Source of the DNA: Paraspadella gotoi
Taxonomy: Eukaryota; Animalia; Chaetognatha
Assembly (NCBI GenBank): GCA_051294375.1
Contig: CM119264.1
Location: forward strand, 21,733,582 to 21,797,581
Length of the DNA: 64,000 nucleotides
Direction of reading: 5' to 3'
Shown here: positions 37,922 through 51,233 of the stretch, one piece after another
Numbering within the stretch: the first letter of the stretch is position 1
Layout: each line of letters opens with the position of its first letter
Position numbers and translations under genes: made by a program
Notes under the pieces: generated by a model
Databases searched by the model: none
What the model was told of the DNA's origin: nothing
The model's input: the letters and a program-made list of their open reading frames with translations, nothing else

Positions 37922-39493
37922 TCAAGAGATATAAGTTGTTTTTTTTTTCTAGTGACTATTTATGAGTGGGAAAGACAATTTTTTCTCCCCCTCTTTTTCA
38001 TAGTTTTGCTTTGATTCCCCCCCCCCCCGAGTGGAAATAGCCTAAATGTCATCTCATTTCCAATTCATTTTCTTTAATTCTTTTCTATCAGCAAATACGT
38101 AGTTTAACGATACAGCGAATTCTATTCTATCAAGTGAATCGGGTCAAGAAACATCCCCGAATTTAGCTTGTGTGTTTAAAATTTGAAAGAAAATAAATAA
38201 TAAATAAAATAAAAAAATAAATAAATAAAATAAATAAATTTATAAGATTAGTATAAATTATACTACAATTATTAATTTACAGTTTATTTATCCCCACTAT
38301 TCGTTGCCACGCTTTACGGTAAAAATGATTTTACTGTAATTGCTTAAACTTATGACGCACGTCTTGCTAAGGTTTCTTTCCAAATGACCTCGGAGAGAAA
38401 AGAGGTTAAACCAGGGATTATTCAAAAATAAACATTTTTAACCGGATATTAATAAAAATTCATGTAAACAAATGAATTTTATTCCTAATAAATATTCCAA
38501 CCTCTTTAAAGAAACTTTACTCACCCTGCAATATAAATTATTTTGATAAATCTGTTTCGGACACGTGTATTTACTATTTACTAATCGCGAGCTGCTTGCA
38601 AAACATCAAAAATCAAACATCTTTTTGATCAGTTTTTTGATCGCTATCGTGACAGAAAAATTTCATAATTAAGAATGTTACATTGATGAACTGGATGTTC
38701 TTTGCATCTGACACGATGTATTCTGTATTCTGACTATTAGCATGGCTGAAGAAATAAAATAACTTATGTAGTAATAGTACACACCCAGTACACTTTTAAT
38801 TCTAGAATAAATAGTTTTATTCACGTTCTATTTTGGGATAACAACATCTTTAGGTTCGAAATAAATCATTCAATTTGAAATGAGGTGCAGATTTCCCAAT
38901 GTGGTGAGCAAAAAATTACAGAAGAAAATCTAGAAGTTTAACTCGAATATCATAGACAATAATTGACAAAATATAATTCCTCTCTTGGCGAAATATGAGC
39001 GGGTATTAATTTAATGATTTTAAACCGTGAGAGAGGGGGGGGGCAAATTCATGCCAAAGAAACACGCACGAAAACTTGTAAGAGCGTGCAATCTTAGAGA
39101 GGCAATCATCGGATTGTCCGTCTTGCAAGTTAAAAAATCAACCAATCAATTGATGAGAGACCGCCCAACGATTTTTTAAAAAAATACTAAAACAATCAAA
39201 TCTTTCAAACGAACATGCGGGCTGGAATAGTAATTCAGGCACGAAATTTAGCGGTCAAAACTTCAAACATGCATGACAACAGAGAAAGTTGAACACGCAA
39301 TTCAGACGGGTGTGAGAGTCAGTGACATTCGGTCGTAAAGCAGAAATGAGAATCTCTAATCGAACAAACGCGAAGATCCAAATGTGTAGGCGCGCCTACG
39401 TTGGCACGCGTGCGTTGGCGCACGATTGCGATGTCGGTTAACCATCGTTGGGTATTCGCAGGGGCGTGGTCTTCCGGCGGGCGCGCTCACAAG

Positions 39494-42400
39494 TCAAGCG
39501 GCGACGTCGAAGCCAGAGTTGGATTCGCCCTCTTTTATCGGCGTCGTCGGCGTCGGCGTAGGTCGATAAGACGGCGTCAAACTGAAAATCGTGTTTACGA
39601 TCTCATCAAATATTTATGGGCCTCCATTTTGACATCACTTCTCCCAGAGGCACCTCTGTGCTCAAAATGGAAAAAAAGGTGTCACTGTCATCATAATTTT
39701 CATCATCATTTTTTATTACATAGTTGCGGAACAGAAATTATGTTCTCATACTACATTATGAAATTGGTACAACCAATATAAAAATTATCTATTCATTTAA
39801 TAAATAAGCTATCTTGCCCTGACTTTGAACAGGCTTTGGTGGTTTAAGACCTCCTTATATTACTTCTCAAGGTTTCAAATTTATGTCTTGACAAATTTAT
39901 ATGAAAAATGCGTAAAGAACGAAAAAATAAAAGAAAGGAAAAAAATTAAGCAAGAAAGAAAAACCGTGAGAAAGAGAAAAAAAAAGGAACCAATGCTGTA
40001 GAAGGCCCGTTCCACTCAGAAGAACCGAGGGGCGGAGACTCACTTCGGATTGGATGCAATGTTGGAGAATTGAGACGTGGAGGTGGAGGGGGCGGCGGTA
40101 GAGACGTTGAGACTGTGGTCCTTCCAATATTCCGCCGTCGCCCGTCGCTCGCGCCCGTCCTTTGCCGACAGCTCCATCTTGAAAGCTGCCAACAAACTCA
40201 CTCCGCCTGACAGTAACGGAACGGTCGCGTTAATAATAAGGAATCTCTCGGTTTTCTTTTTTCATTTTTTTCTCTTTTTTTCCTTTTTTTTTCCTCTTTA
40301 GTTTTCTCTCTTTTTGTGTGTGTGCGCGTGCGTGTGTGTGTAAGTTCATCCGCGCGGCTGAGAGACAACAGAGCTCTTCGATGAAGACTTCATTAATATT
40401 TAGGAATCCAGAGGCTTCGTGGTTAACTTTCAATTTTATTTAAAACTCAATGATTTGTTTGTCCTCATTAATTTTTCTGCATGCATCAGCGCTTTCAATG
40501 TAGATTGAAATATAACAAAATTTTAAGGCCAGACATCAAATTTTTCTCCTTGGATAATGATAATCCCCAACAACATAAAACAGTTAAACCCGAAGCACCG
40601 AAAAACCATCATCCGATAAAATTGCAACGTATCCCATTAGCCTCTGGCAAATGCCATCTTCAACATCAACGCTCGGTGACAGACTTCCTCCATTAGCATC
40701 CAATGACGCAACAAACTCGATTCAATAAAAAAATTTTTTTCTCGAACTCATTTTATTTCCCCCCCCCCTTTTTCGGCATTTTTTGGTTTGCTTTCCAAAT
40801 GGCCCTTTCGTTCGACGTCATTCTCCTCTCCACACAAACAAACTGGCATCATTTATTTCATCACAAATTAACAAACGAGGATATCCGTCTAACAATTTCC
40901 CTTCTCGATGGATGATTAATTTGTTTTGTATCTATCACCCTCGCTCTTCAAGCAACGACCTGGATGAGAGTATTGATTTCGAACTTCGGGGACGTTCAAC
41001 TCTCTCTCTCTCTCTCTCTCTTTTCCATTCATTCTTCGTCACAACTTTGAATATCGATTCTTTGGGCCTAAACAAGAGGAGAGTTGATCTACTTTTTTGA
41101 TTTCCTTTTCCCTAATTTTTTAGTCGAATCTGCTTTGCAGATCCCGACTCTATAATTCACTTTGTCGGTTCGTCGGTCCGCCCCCTCAAACTTGTAGGGC
41201 ATTCACTTATATCATGTCAGAACACCGAATTATGATAAATTATGCAAAAAAAATGATGTCCGTCTGTCTGTCCAACTATCCATCCGTCCCACCTTAGCAA
41301 AAAACTCCAATTACTCGTGATTGGATGGATGGATTGGAATGATAGGGAAGTGTGTGATTGAGCTGGATATGAAGTTTCGATGGAATCGTGCGAGTGGAAA
41401 TGAGATTAAATGGAAAAAACAAAAAAATATATTTCACTATTTGAACGCCAATTATTTATGAGTGGATAGGGCAATTGACTTTAAATTTTTTATGTGGGTA
41501 GGAAAGTGTGTGATTAAGCTGGAAATCAAGTTTCGATGTAATCGTCTGAGTGGAAATGAGTTTAAATGGAAAAAAACAAAAAACCTGTTTTACTAATTGA
41601 TTATGCTTCTTTTTCTTTTATATTAAATGTAAATACAAGATGTATTAATTAAGCAGTTAATTAATCAATTAGTCAATTAATCAATAATTAATCTGTTAAT
41701 AATTAATTGATTAATTATTCAATCAATTTATCTATCTATTAATAAATTATTTAATCAATCAATTTATCAATTAATTATTTAATTAATAAATCAATCAAGT
41801 TAATCACTATCGGCTTTTTTGTCGTCATAGCCATCATCGTCGTTGTAGCTTTTGTCATGATCAATAACAAAAAAACCTAAAAACAAACATTTCAGATCAA
41901 ATTAATTAATTGCTTAATTATTTAATTAACTTGAATTGATAAAATAAAATATAATACCGCTAATGATCGTGGGAAGATCCGACATTGTTTGCTCAAACTT
42001 GTTTCTTCCTTAATTCAACGAATGTTCTATGTATATGCTAATTGAAGATAACTAACAACGATTGAACAGGGTCATGGACAATCTGTCAGAGAATCAGCAC
42101 GCAAGTACAGACACCCGAACCTTTTTTTATCTTTTTCGTAATACTTAATTTACCTTTTTTTTATCATTTCTTTATGTTTGCCTTTTTTTCTCACCGGCAA
42201 AAACAGCGAAAATGATGCTGATTATTGCGACTTGGAAAGCCCAACTCTGTTCCTGCAACTCCACCACGACCATTTCTTTTGCGGCATCGGTCCAAGTAGA
42301 GCAATAACTCCTATGAGCGGCCGAGAACACGAGTAGCGAACAAAAGATCAAGACAGCTGCAAAACAATTGTGTGTTTGTTTGTTTGTTTTTATTTAAATA

Positions 42401-45400
42401 ATTTGAAACCCAACCGATCGAACGAAATAATATATTATATACGTATATCACATTTGATATAAAATCGAGAATTCTGATTTTATTACCGTGATCAACTTGA
42501 TTAAATAAAATAAAATTAAATGAGAAAAAATCTATCCCAGAAATTTGAAAAATTCCTATAAAAACTAAGAGATAAAACCTATATTATAAGCCATAAAACC
42601 CGGTGATAAAATTCTTACTCTCTACTCAAAATGCCTCCAACGACGACAACAGCAATCAGAAAACTTTTAATAGGTGAACGAACTGTAGAAAAAAAAGTAA
42701 AATAATACAAAGTTCGTATTTACTTACCCATTAAAAAAAACGAGGCACTAGACAATTTAAACATTTTTTCTTGTTTCTTCTTTTCAAATGAGAACCAGGG
42801 AATTAGAAGAACAATTCCTGAAAAGGACAAATTCGCAATGTGTCGTGAAAGCTTCACGGAATTACTGAAAAATCACTAGATTCAATTTAAATAATTAAAT
42901 AGTTAAAAAAACTTCTTACCTACTGTCCACGACACCAGCGATACGATGTATGTAATACGTACGGCCCATAAGTAACCTAAACAAAAAAAAACCTCTCGTT
43001 ATTTAATATATTTAATTTATTTATTTTATTACACAATACACATTATTTAAATATAATAGAACAGAATAGAATATTTAAATAGAAGCGACATTTGCTGTCC
43101 CTAAATATTTTTCACGTAAAGAGCATCCATCTCCCATTTTTGCCATCTTGCATCTATCCGCTTTCATTGACCCCCGCCCACGTTAAAGTCGAGTTCATCT
43201 TGTTTCTGCCTCAGACAAAAGTCGTTGACCTTTGACACCAACCCGTCCCTTACCATTTGGTCGAACTGACCTTTTGAGCCCAACACCTCCATCACAATTC
43301 CTTCTTCCAAGCCACGGCTACTTTTGTTACTACAGCAGCTACAATGATATAAATGATTTTCCGGTCAGTTTATCTGTATATCTGAATGCGAAATAGATAA
43401 CGAAGCCTATGGTATTATAAAAAATTTCAAAACCAATTGAAAAAGTCCGATAGTTTAACTTGATCTATTTTTCATTCTTTCTTTCTCTAAGACCTTTACG
43501 AGTTTGTCTACTCTTTTTCCTTTTATACCTCCCTTTAAACAGTCCTAGATTTTTTAACTATATAGCAAATGGTCTTGAACCTTTTTCGCAGCCAACTTTT
43601 TGCTGCTTTTCTTCTGCTTCACAAGCAGTCTCGACGTTTCATTGCTAGTCGACCAGGCCTCACAGGGACTCGACCTTTCTCACTCAACCCCAAAGTTTCA
43701 TCTCACCTCAATTCACCCATCTCACATCCACCTCACGTTTTCAGCGGACTGGAATCCGGACCGTGACGAGACGCCGGCGAAAAACAATCAAAATAAATTG
43801 AGTTTGTTTTCGTTCTTCCTCCCCGCCCCTCTCGGCACGGAACGAATTGCCGAACAATCATCGATGCAAGTGAACCACCCTCACGGGGTCTCCCCACTTG
43901 ACCTTTTTGCGTCGCAGAGCGATGGGCCTCTTTAATTCCCTTCTTTGGTTTTGGTTTTCGGGTTCGTTGTTTCCAATTTTATAGTTAATAGGGTCTGTTT
44001 TTTTCTGCGAAGCCTGTCCCTGACAACAGTGCGATCAAACTACTTTTTAAATTCGTCTTCGTCATTTGTCGGCTCAACAAAGGAAAGCGTAATACTTAAT
44101 AATAGGCCAAAACATCTCAGCCTAATTCCTCCCGAGCTCATTTTTCTTCTTTCTCTCTCTCTCTCTCTCCCTCTCTCTTACATTTTCTTCCATCTTTTCT
44201 GAAGCCAACCGGCTTAATGATAGTAGTTCCGAGCTTGTACTGACGCTCGTCTTCGCTCTCTCTCTCTCTTCTCTCTTTAATCTCATAAATATTCCTTTTT
44301 TTCGGTTTCGAAAAGACTGCTACATTTCGTCTTTACGATCAGATACTGTATTCGCTTTTACAAGACTTTGCTGATTAGTTACAATATAGGCGAAGCCACC
44401 TACAATTTTTATACATTATCTTTATTCTTCCATCGGTTAAACAAAAAAATATTGAGGAGAGGCTTGAAATTTGACAATAATATTGCACAAGATTGATGCT
44501 GATAGTTGTGAAGTATTTCTCTTCCCCCTCTTTTTTTCCTTCCCATTCCCACCGCCCTCTCTGACCCGCGTTGGGCATTGAGCCGTCTTCGGGGTTCGCA
44601 TCCCCAATGGAGTAACAGGCGTCGGCTGAGAAGGCGGCGTTGGCGCCACTGATGTCGAAGCATCGCTGCCAGATGCCTGAAAGAAAGAAGCGGGGGCGGC
44701 GATGATTAGGTTGGTGAGGCAGAAAATTGTTAGTGAGACTGAGACATTAAGAATGAAAAGAGGTAGTTCGAGAGGCTGGAAAATGAAATAGCAGTATCCT
44801 AAAGTGGGACTGAATTTGGTCCACCAAGAAGATTTCTCATCGGGCAAATATTTGGCTCCTTTACGTCCTTTCCGACATTAATTGGCGCGAACCTGAATAT
44901 CCGGTAAGATTGTGAGCGTCGTCGTCGGCGACCCGGTCCGAACATGGAGTCCTTGAGTCACAGGCCTTGGAGAAATTGTGACTCGAGCCGCAGTGAATTT
45001 GGAAAATCTGTGAACGAAAAATTGTGCGCCATGGAAGGGTGGGGGGCGGGGCGGAGGAAAGAATTTAAATTTAGTTCGGAGCCGTCCTTCGCCATAACCA
45101 TAAACCATAGTACGGTGACCCCGTCGGAAAATAACCCCATTCTTTTCATCTCGCACCCCCCCCCCCGACTTCTCGAAAAAGGGGACGTCGGATTACAGTG
45201 CGGGCCGAGCCCATTATGTTAGATCTTAGGGCCTTCGGTGAGTTGGGCGGAGGAGAAATGGAAACTTGGGAAGCGTAAGCTTGAGAAGTGATAGGGTGAA
45301 AATAGAGCGTAAATTTATAGAAATTCTTTCATGGCAGCGTCTTTTAAACAGTTTGATCTAAGTCTATACAGTACAGTGTACACTGTACAGTGTACAGCCT

Positions 45401-47226
45401 TTACTGAAGATGTTGATACTGTGATTCAAGAAATTTATGTAGGAAATAAATTATAAACTTGAGCGAATGACAAAAAACAATACCCTTATCTTGAACTCAC
45501 TAATCCATTTGGACATCATTTTTCATATTATTTTTAGACATATATAAAGAAAAATATATTTAACAATGAAATTAACTTTTCTAAACCGCGACAGTTTTTT
45601 TTTCCATCATGGTATAAATATTAATTAAGTATTTGTTTATTCAACGCGGGTCAGGTCTTCAAAAAAACGTGCATTGTGCATGTGCAACCTTCATTAGAAA
45701 AAAATCGTTAACTCGCGATATTAAATAGTGGCATTGTAATATTCTCAAATACATCACAAGAAGAACGTTAAATTTTTTTCCCATAATTTTCCATATTTTT
45801 TTTTTCCAAATTTTTTTTCTCCCCTTGCCCCCCCCCCCGTCTTCTTTGTAACTTTTTCTACCTACTATGAGGAATTTGTCTCTTATTTTTCTACTATGAG
45901 CATTTAATTTTACTTTCTATAGAAATTTGCTCTTCTGTCTGCTCCACTAGATCTTCACTTGCATCGCTTTATACAAATAACAAATTTTTGCTTGTTTTGG
46001 TCTTAATAAACCAGATGCTCCACAAACAAAAAAGCGTTTTTAAAACAAAATAGCAATAAAATTTAGTTTTAAGTATATTTTGGGGAACAAAAAAACAATC
46101 CTATTAAATCTTTTTTATATTTTCACCCTATTCTACTAGAGGGTTTTATAAAGCAGGGAGGCTTTTGGTAAGGGACAAAGGAACATTTAAAAAATTTTAT
46201 CTGCACCCACTAAATCTTTACTTGCACCTGCAACAAAATAACAAATATTTTTTTCGATTTTTTTGTTTTAAATATTTTTAAAAATAATTTTTTTTTAATT
46301 TTCATAAAATATGAAAATATGCAAAATTACCTGTTTTACTATTTTTTTATTGCTTGCATTGTGAATGGCCTCTTTTCGCCACATGCAACAATCTTAAAAA
46401 TATAATCATCTTGAAAACCTTATTATAAAAAAAATTAATAAAAATGTATTATAATCTAATTTGCATATTGCAGCAAATCATGATTAAATGGAAATTTAAA
46501 CAAAAAATATTTGAATCGATATGAAACAAAGAAAATGGATACATATTTCAACTTCCTCACTGCCCCACTAATGGAACTTGATTACTAAAGAGTTGAAAGT
46601 TAAAAAAATACTATAAGTTGAAAAAATAAAAAAGTTACAAAATGATGCAAATTTAAAAAAATATTATTATTGCCAAAGTAACAGTTCAGTTTAAGCCTTT
46701 GAAAGCGATTTACATGTATTGGCGCAGCCACTGGTTTTATGAAAATTTGCAATTTACTTGTTTCACTATTTTCTATTTTTATATTTTATGAAGGATTTAC
46801 TATCTAAAATTCTTAAATATATATGAATTGCTTTCTTAAAAATATTTTAATGAAAGCAGTGATTTAACTAGAACGCGCCGCGCATTGGCTCTCAAACGCT
46901 CCGTGCGTACGCACTCAAACGAGGTTCGTGAGAAGGGAACGCTTTACAACCGGCGGAGTGATTAACGGGGGAAACCAAAGAAACGCAACTTGAACGGTAG
47001 AAGCGGAGTAAGGGAGAAGAGAGTGTGTGGAAGAGACGGAGAAGAGAAAAATGGGGTGCAAGTTGGATGTTTAGTGATGGGGAAAGGAGGGGGTTAGGTT
47101 TCCATCACTTACTCTGAAGGTCAACCAGCGCGGGGGCGTGATGGCCACGATGGCGGTGATCATGGTGAAGGCCGCCAACAGAATAGTCACGACGTTCAAC
47201 GCCGCGCACTTAACGATGATTCCCAT
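39494..47226 (-). CDS. Claudin / PMP22-EMP-claudin superfamily tetraspan membrane protein (~299 aa)
   Basis: Eight phase-consistent GT-AG exons: 47113-47226, 44893-45007, 44566-44676, 42920-42976, 42728-42817, 42195-42356, 40044-40206, 39494-39581. TM1 is followed by PPRW, then the signature GIWQRC..C in ECL1, three more TM helices, SWAF before TM4, and a Ser/Thr/Pro-rich tail ending FDVAA*. Confidence 0.9.
41116..41600 (+). mobile_element. Helentron/DINE-1-like element, copy 2
   Basis: Same 5' hairpin (TAGTCGAATCTGC..GCAGATCCCGACT), GTCY microsatellite and body as 19423, with an internal ~130-bp direct repeat. Confidence 0.65.
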
Positions 47227-47809
47227 TGTTCGGAATATATTCTCGCGTCGAGTGGAAGACGTTTTTTTTTCTACTTTTCACGGTGATTGAACAGTTCGCC
47301 TCCGCTTCGTTGTGGTGGTCGTCGTCGTCGGCGTTAGATTGACGTCAGAGTCATAGACGGGGACATCGTGAGTGAGTTTATTCGTGAGACGGAGGAATCG
47401 GAGCGACGAGGCCGAGTCCGCCTCATCTTTTCGTCGCGGTAATAATTTTAACAAGAGATTCACGATCAGGGGAAACGCGAAGTGAGTTTTGTCGATTGAA
47501 CAATTTTATTTAATGAACGAACGAATTTCCCAAGAGGTAAACTGGTGAAAAAATATTATTTGACCAAATCCTAGATAACAAGAATTTTAGCTTATTTTTG
47601 ATTAAAAAAATACAGAAAAGATTGAAGCAATGCGTTTATTCCTAGTTGCTCGGTAATAAGCAAGTTTTATCAAACAATGTCGGATCTGCCTATGATAATT
47701 AAGCGGTAATCAGCTAATCAGATGATAAATCACGATAATTCTTTCAATTTCCTAGCTAATTATAACAGATTGTATGAGTAAGCATAAATAATAAAAATTC
47801 AAATCAACT

Positions 47810-48290
47810 TGACTTTGGTTTTGTCCGTGCAAACTCATTTTCACTCAATCTGCTCAATCACACACTTTACAACCCACCCACAAAATTTTATATCGATCTA
47901 TCCATTCAATTATGATTAATTAAAGTAATTATGGGTTAAAAATAGTAAAAAGATTCAAGTAAATGTGACTTATATTTTTTCCATTTAAACTCATTTCCAC
48001 TAGCTCGATTCCATCGAAACTTTATCAAGCTCAATCACATACTTTCCTACCCACACACAAAATTTCACTCCAATCCATCCATCCAATCACGAGTAATTGG
48101 AGTTTTTTGCTTAGGGGGACAGACAGACAGACAAACGGATGGACAGACATATTTTTTTCCATAATTTATTATAATTTGATGTTCTGAAATAATTTAAATG
48201 AATGCCCGACAAGATTGAAGGGGCGAGCCGATGGACCGACAAAGTGGATTATAGAGTCGGGATCTGCAGATAAGCAGATCCGACTAAAAA
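47810..48290 (-). mobile_element. Helentron/DINE-1-like element, copy 3
   Basis: Reverse complement of the family at 19423/41116 (CCAATCACGAGTAATTGGAGTTTTT, ACAG repeats, terminal hairpin and A run). Confidence 0.65.
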
Positions 48291-50598
48291 GAGCTTCTAC
48301 TCCGGATAGAATGACGCTGCAGCCCATGCTCTGAAGAGAGGTATTAAAAATTCTAGAAGCCCAAAGGCAACCGACGGTTTGCGATATGATGACTCCTCGC
48401 AGCTCATTGCGTCATAACGGAAACTGAGAGTGGGAAAAGAAGACATAAGCCGCGTCATGCGACAGAGCCTTACGACTTCATAACTCCAGTAAAAACAGTT
48501 AAATAAACTGGCTCATTACATACGTAAGTTCCTGGAATTTGTTTACGAGTTTAATTATTCAAGTTACAATATTAAAAAAGTAAAATTTTTTGTCTTCACA
48601 AACCTACAAAATTCCTCAGCGATAAAAAGAAAAACGTAGACTGCTGACAATGCAAGTATACAATCTGATACTACAAAAATTTGTGTCCGACTTCGCTTAC
48701 AAAAAAGTATAGAGTCTCGGACAACTTAAACCGCAAACAGAAATGAGAAATTGAAAAAAGCCTGTTAGAAGATCCAAAAGTGTCCAACTTATTAGATATC
48801 ACAAGGGCGCTTGATGCCGTCGGTTTGAAAAATTTTATACAGACAACGAATGACAGCGATTATGTAGGAATTGTCATCATAATAACGATAACAACAAAGA
48901 TGACGACGACGACAAAAGTGATTAGGATCGACTAACTCTGGACGAGAGACACTGACACGAAACAATTCTGGGAAATTAAAAAAATGAGCTCGTCAATGTT
49001 GCGGGGGAGGAGTGTTTCGTGGAAAGAAAATGGAGGTAATGAAAAGGGAATTGGAAAGCAGGGATTTTTGTGGAGCGCGAATTGAAAAAAATCATTGATT
49101 TATTCACCTCTGTGGAAAGAAAAGGGTCTACAGGAAATACGAGGGAGTAGTAAAGGCCCATTTTGTCATATGTAAAATTTTGAATTGACATTAATGAACA
49201 ATTATGCTTCCACAGTTCCATCGTCTTTTTGAAATTATATCGACCGTAACTTTTCCAGGCAAAGGTAAACCGAATGAGGAAAATAGGGATCCGGAAAAAA
49301 AAATCAACTAGAAAAGTTAGAAACGAAATAAAATTTACGGCCGAATGGAAACACTGACGCCGGCGACGGCAACGGCCGGCGCCTTTAGGTTTCCTTTGAC
49401 GTCATCGCTCTTTTCTTATTTTTTAATTTTAGTTTCCCAGAAAAGCGGAAAAAACCAATAAGTAAAAAAGACAAGCGTAAGAGAGAGGAGAGAAAGGGGG
49501 GAAAAATTGAAATTTGACTACAGAAAGGAAACAGCGGGAAAAAAATCAATTCGAATTGGCGACTCGTCGAGATAAAAAAAAGTATTTTTTTTCTTTTGCA
49601 AAAAAGTCTTGGCAACAATTCCTCTCACTCAGCCGTTTTCTTCTTTGTTTCATTCGCAGAAGTAGGAACGATTGTTCAACCTTTGCCAATTTATTTTTTT
49701 TTCAGTCGATCGTACGAAATTGAGTAAAACATACTTTTTTAGTTTTAAGGTTTGTTTGTTGTAAATAAAACCCCGACGAAGAAATGCGCCTCACTTCCCT
49801 TCAAGAGACCGGAAAGCGGAATTTGCTGGAGAGGGAATTCTAGAGAGAGAGAGAGAAAACGAGAGCGCTTTCGTGATGTCATTGACATCTAGTCGACCGA
49901 ATAATCCCCAACGTCTAACACGCTTTCTTACTTTTTGAGAAAAAACGAGGAGCAAAATGCGTACAAATCCCTAAAAAGTCTTACGAATCATGTTCATGGA
50001 AAACATAAATTTGGTAAATAAGGTGATTTATATGTAATATTTTACTTTCACCGACTGGAACCGAGTCGGTCGGTTATTTTTCGGGTAACTTTACTATTCG
50101 ACGTCTGAAACCAACTTTAGCTACCACCGGTCAGTGCTTTGTTTTCCCTCTAGCGTCGCGTCTCAGTTTGCGAAATAATATACATTTTTTATTCACTTTT
50201 TTATTTTTTATTTTATTTTATAATAATAATAATTGTTTTAAATTTATTTTAATTACTATTTTAATAAGTTTTCATCAGCGCAAAAACGAATTAATTTGTG
50301 AAACAAATATTTTCACAGACTCTTTCTCTCTCTCTCTCTTCAAACTACAAAGTCGGTGAAAATATGTGTTTTACAAATCAATTCGTTTTTGCACTAATGA
50401 ATTTTTTTATGAAATAAAAGAAACAATTTGATGGTTTACATCGAAGGCGAAACATGTCCGAAATTTGTCTCTTAAAATAAAAAAAACTCGTATTAAGAAA
50501 CAATATTTTTATGTTATATTTTTTAAACGGTTAGCGATTGGGTTAAGGATTAAGGGTGGTTATGGATTTGTAATAAAAAGTTTTTCTACCCTTATAAG

Positions 50599-51090
50599 TA
50601 AAGCGTAGTAAAAATTCTAAATTTAACTTTAATTAAAATTCTACAAGTGAGGAACAAACAACATCATACTAATAAACATTTATGTATAAAAAAATTTTAT
50701 AATAAATTTTACAATTTTACAGATTTGGATTTGTTATGAAAAGTTGATATAAAGAAATATAACTCTTTTTTAAAAATTATTTTATTAAGTTGATCAAATA
50801 TATAAAAAATCTATATTTTAAGCTGAAAATTAAAATTTTATATACTAAATATATTTTTTTTAATTTTTAACCCATTTAATGAAAGAATTTTAAAAATTAT
50901 TTATATTTTCTTTTATCAACTTTTGACGAGGAATTCAAATCTGTAATAAAAATTAAAAAAAGCCTATTTTAAACATTTTCGATATAAAGATAGCCTACTA
51001 CGAAAATTGAACATAAAATAAATTTTTTTTACAAATTAACGTTCACTGATAGTATGTTGTTCATAATTGATATTTAGAATTTTCACTACT
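50599..51090. mobile_element. MITE family A copy (duplicated at ~56480-56995 and ~58063-58630)
   Basis: TAAAGCGTAGTAAAAATTCTAAATTTAAC... is homologous to the reverse complement of 30641-31957 without the TRIM. Confidence 0.75.
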
Positions 51091-51233
51091 TATCAGTATC
51101 TTTGTATCAGTATTTTTGCATAGCGAGATTTTTNNNNNNNNNNNNNNNNNNNNNNNNNNNNNNNNNNNNNNNNNNNNNNNNNNNNNNNNNNNNNNNNNNN
51201 NNNNNNNNNNNNNNNNNNNNNNNNNNNNNNNNN

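Noticed and set aside
42619-42681. Extra hydrophobic exon candidate in the claudin gene (SFLIAVVVVGGIL)
   Set aside because: Phase 1 in and phase 2 out would break the frame, and four TM helices are already accounted for.
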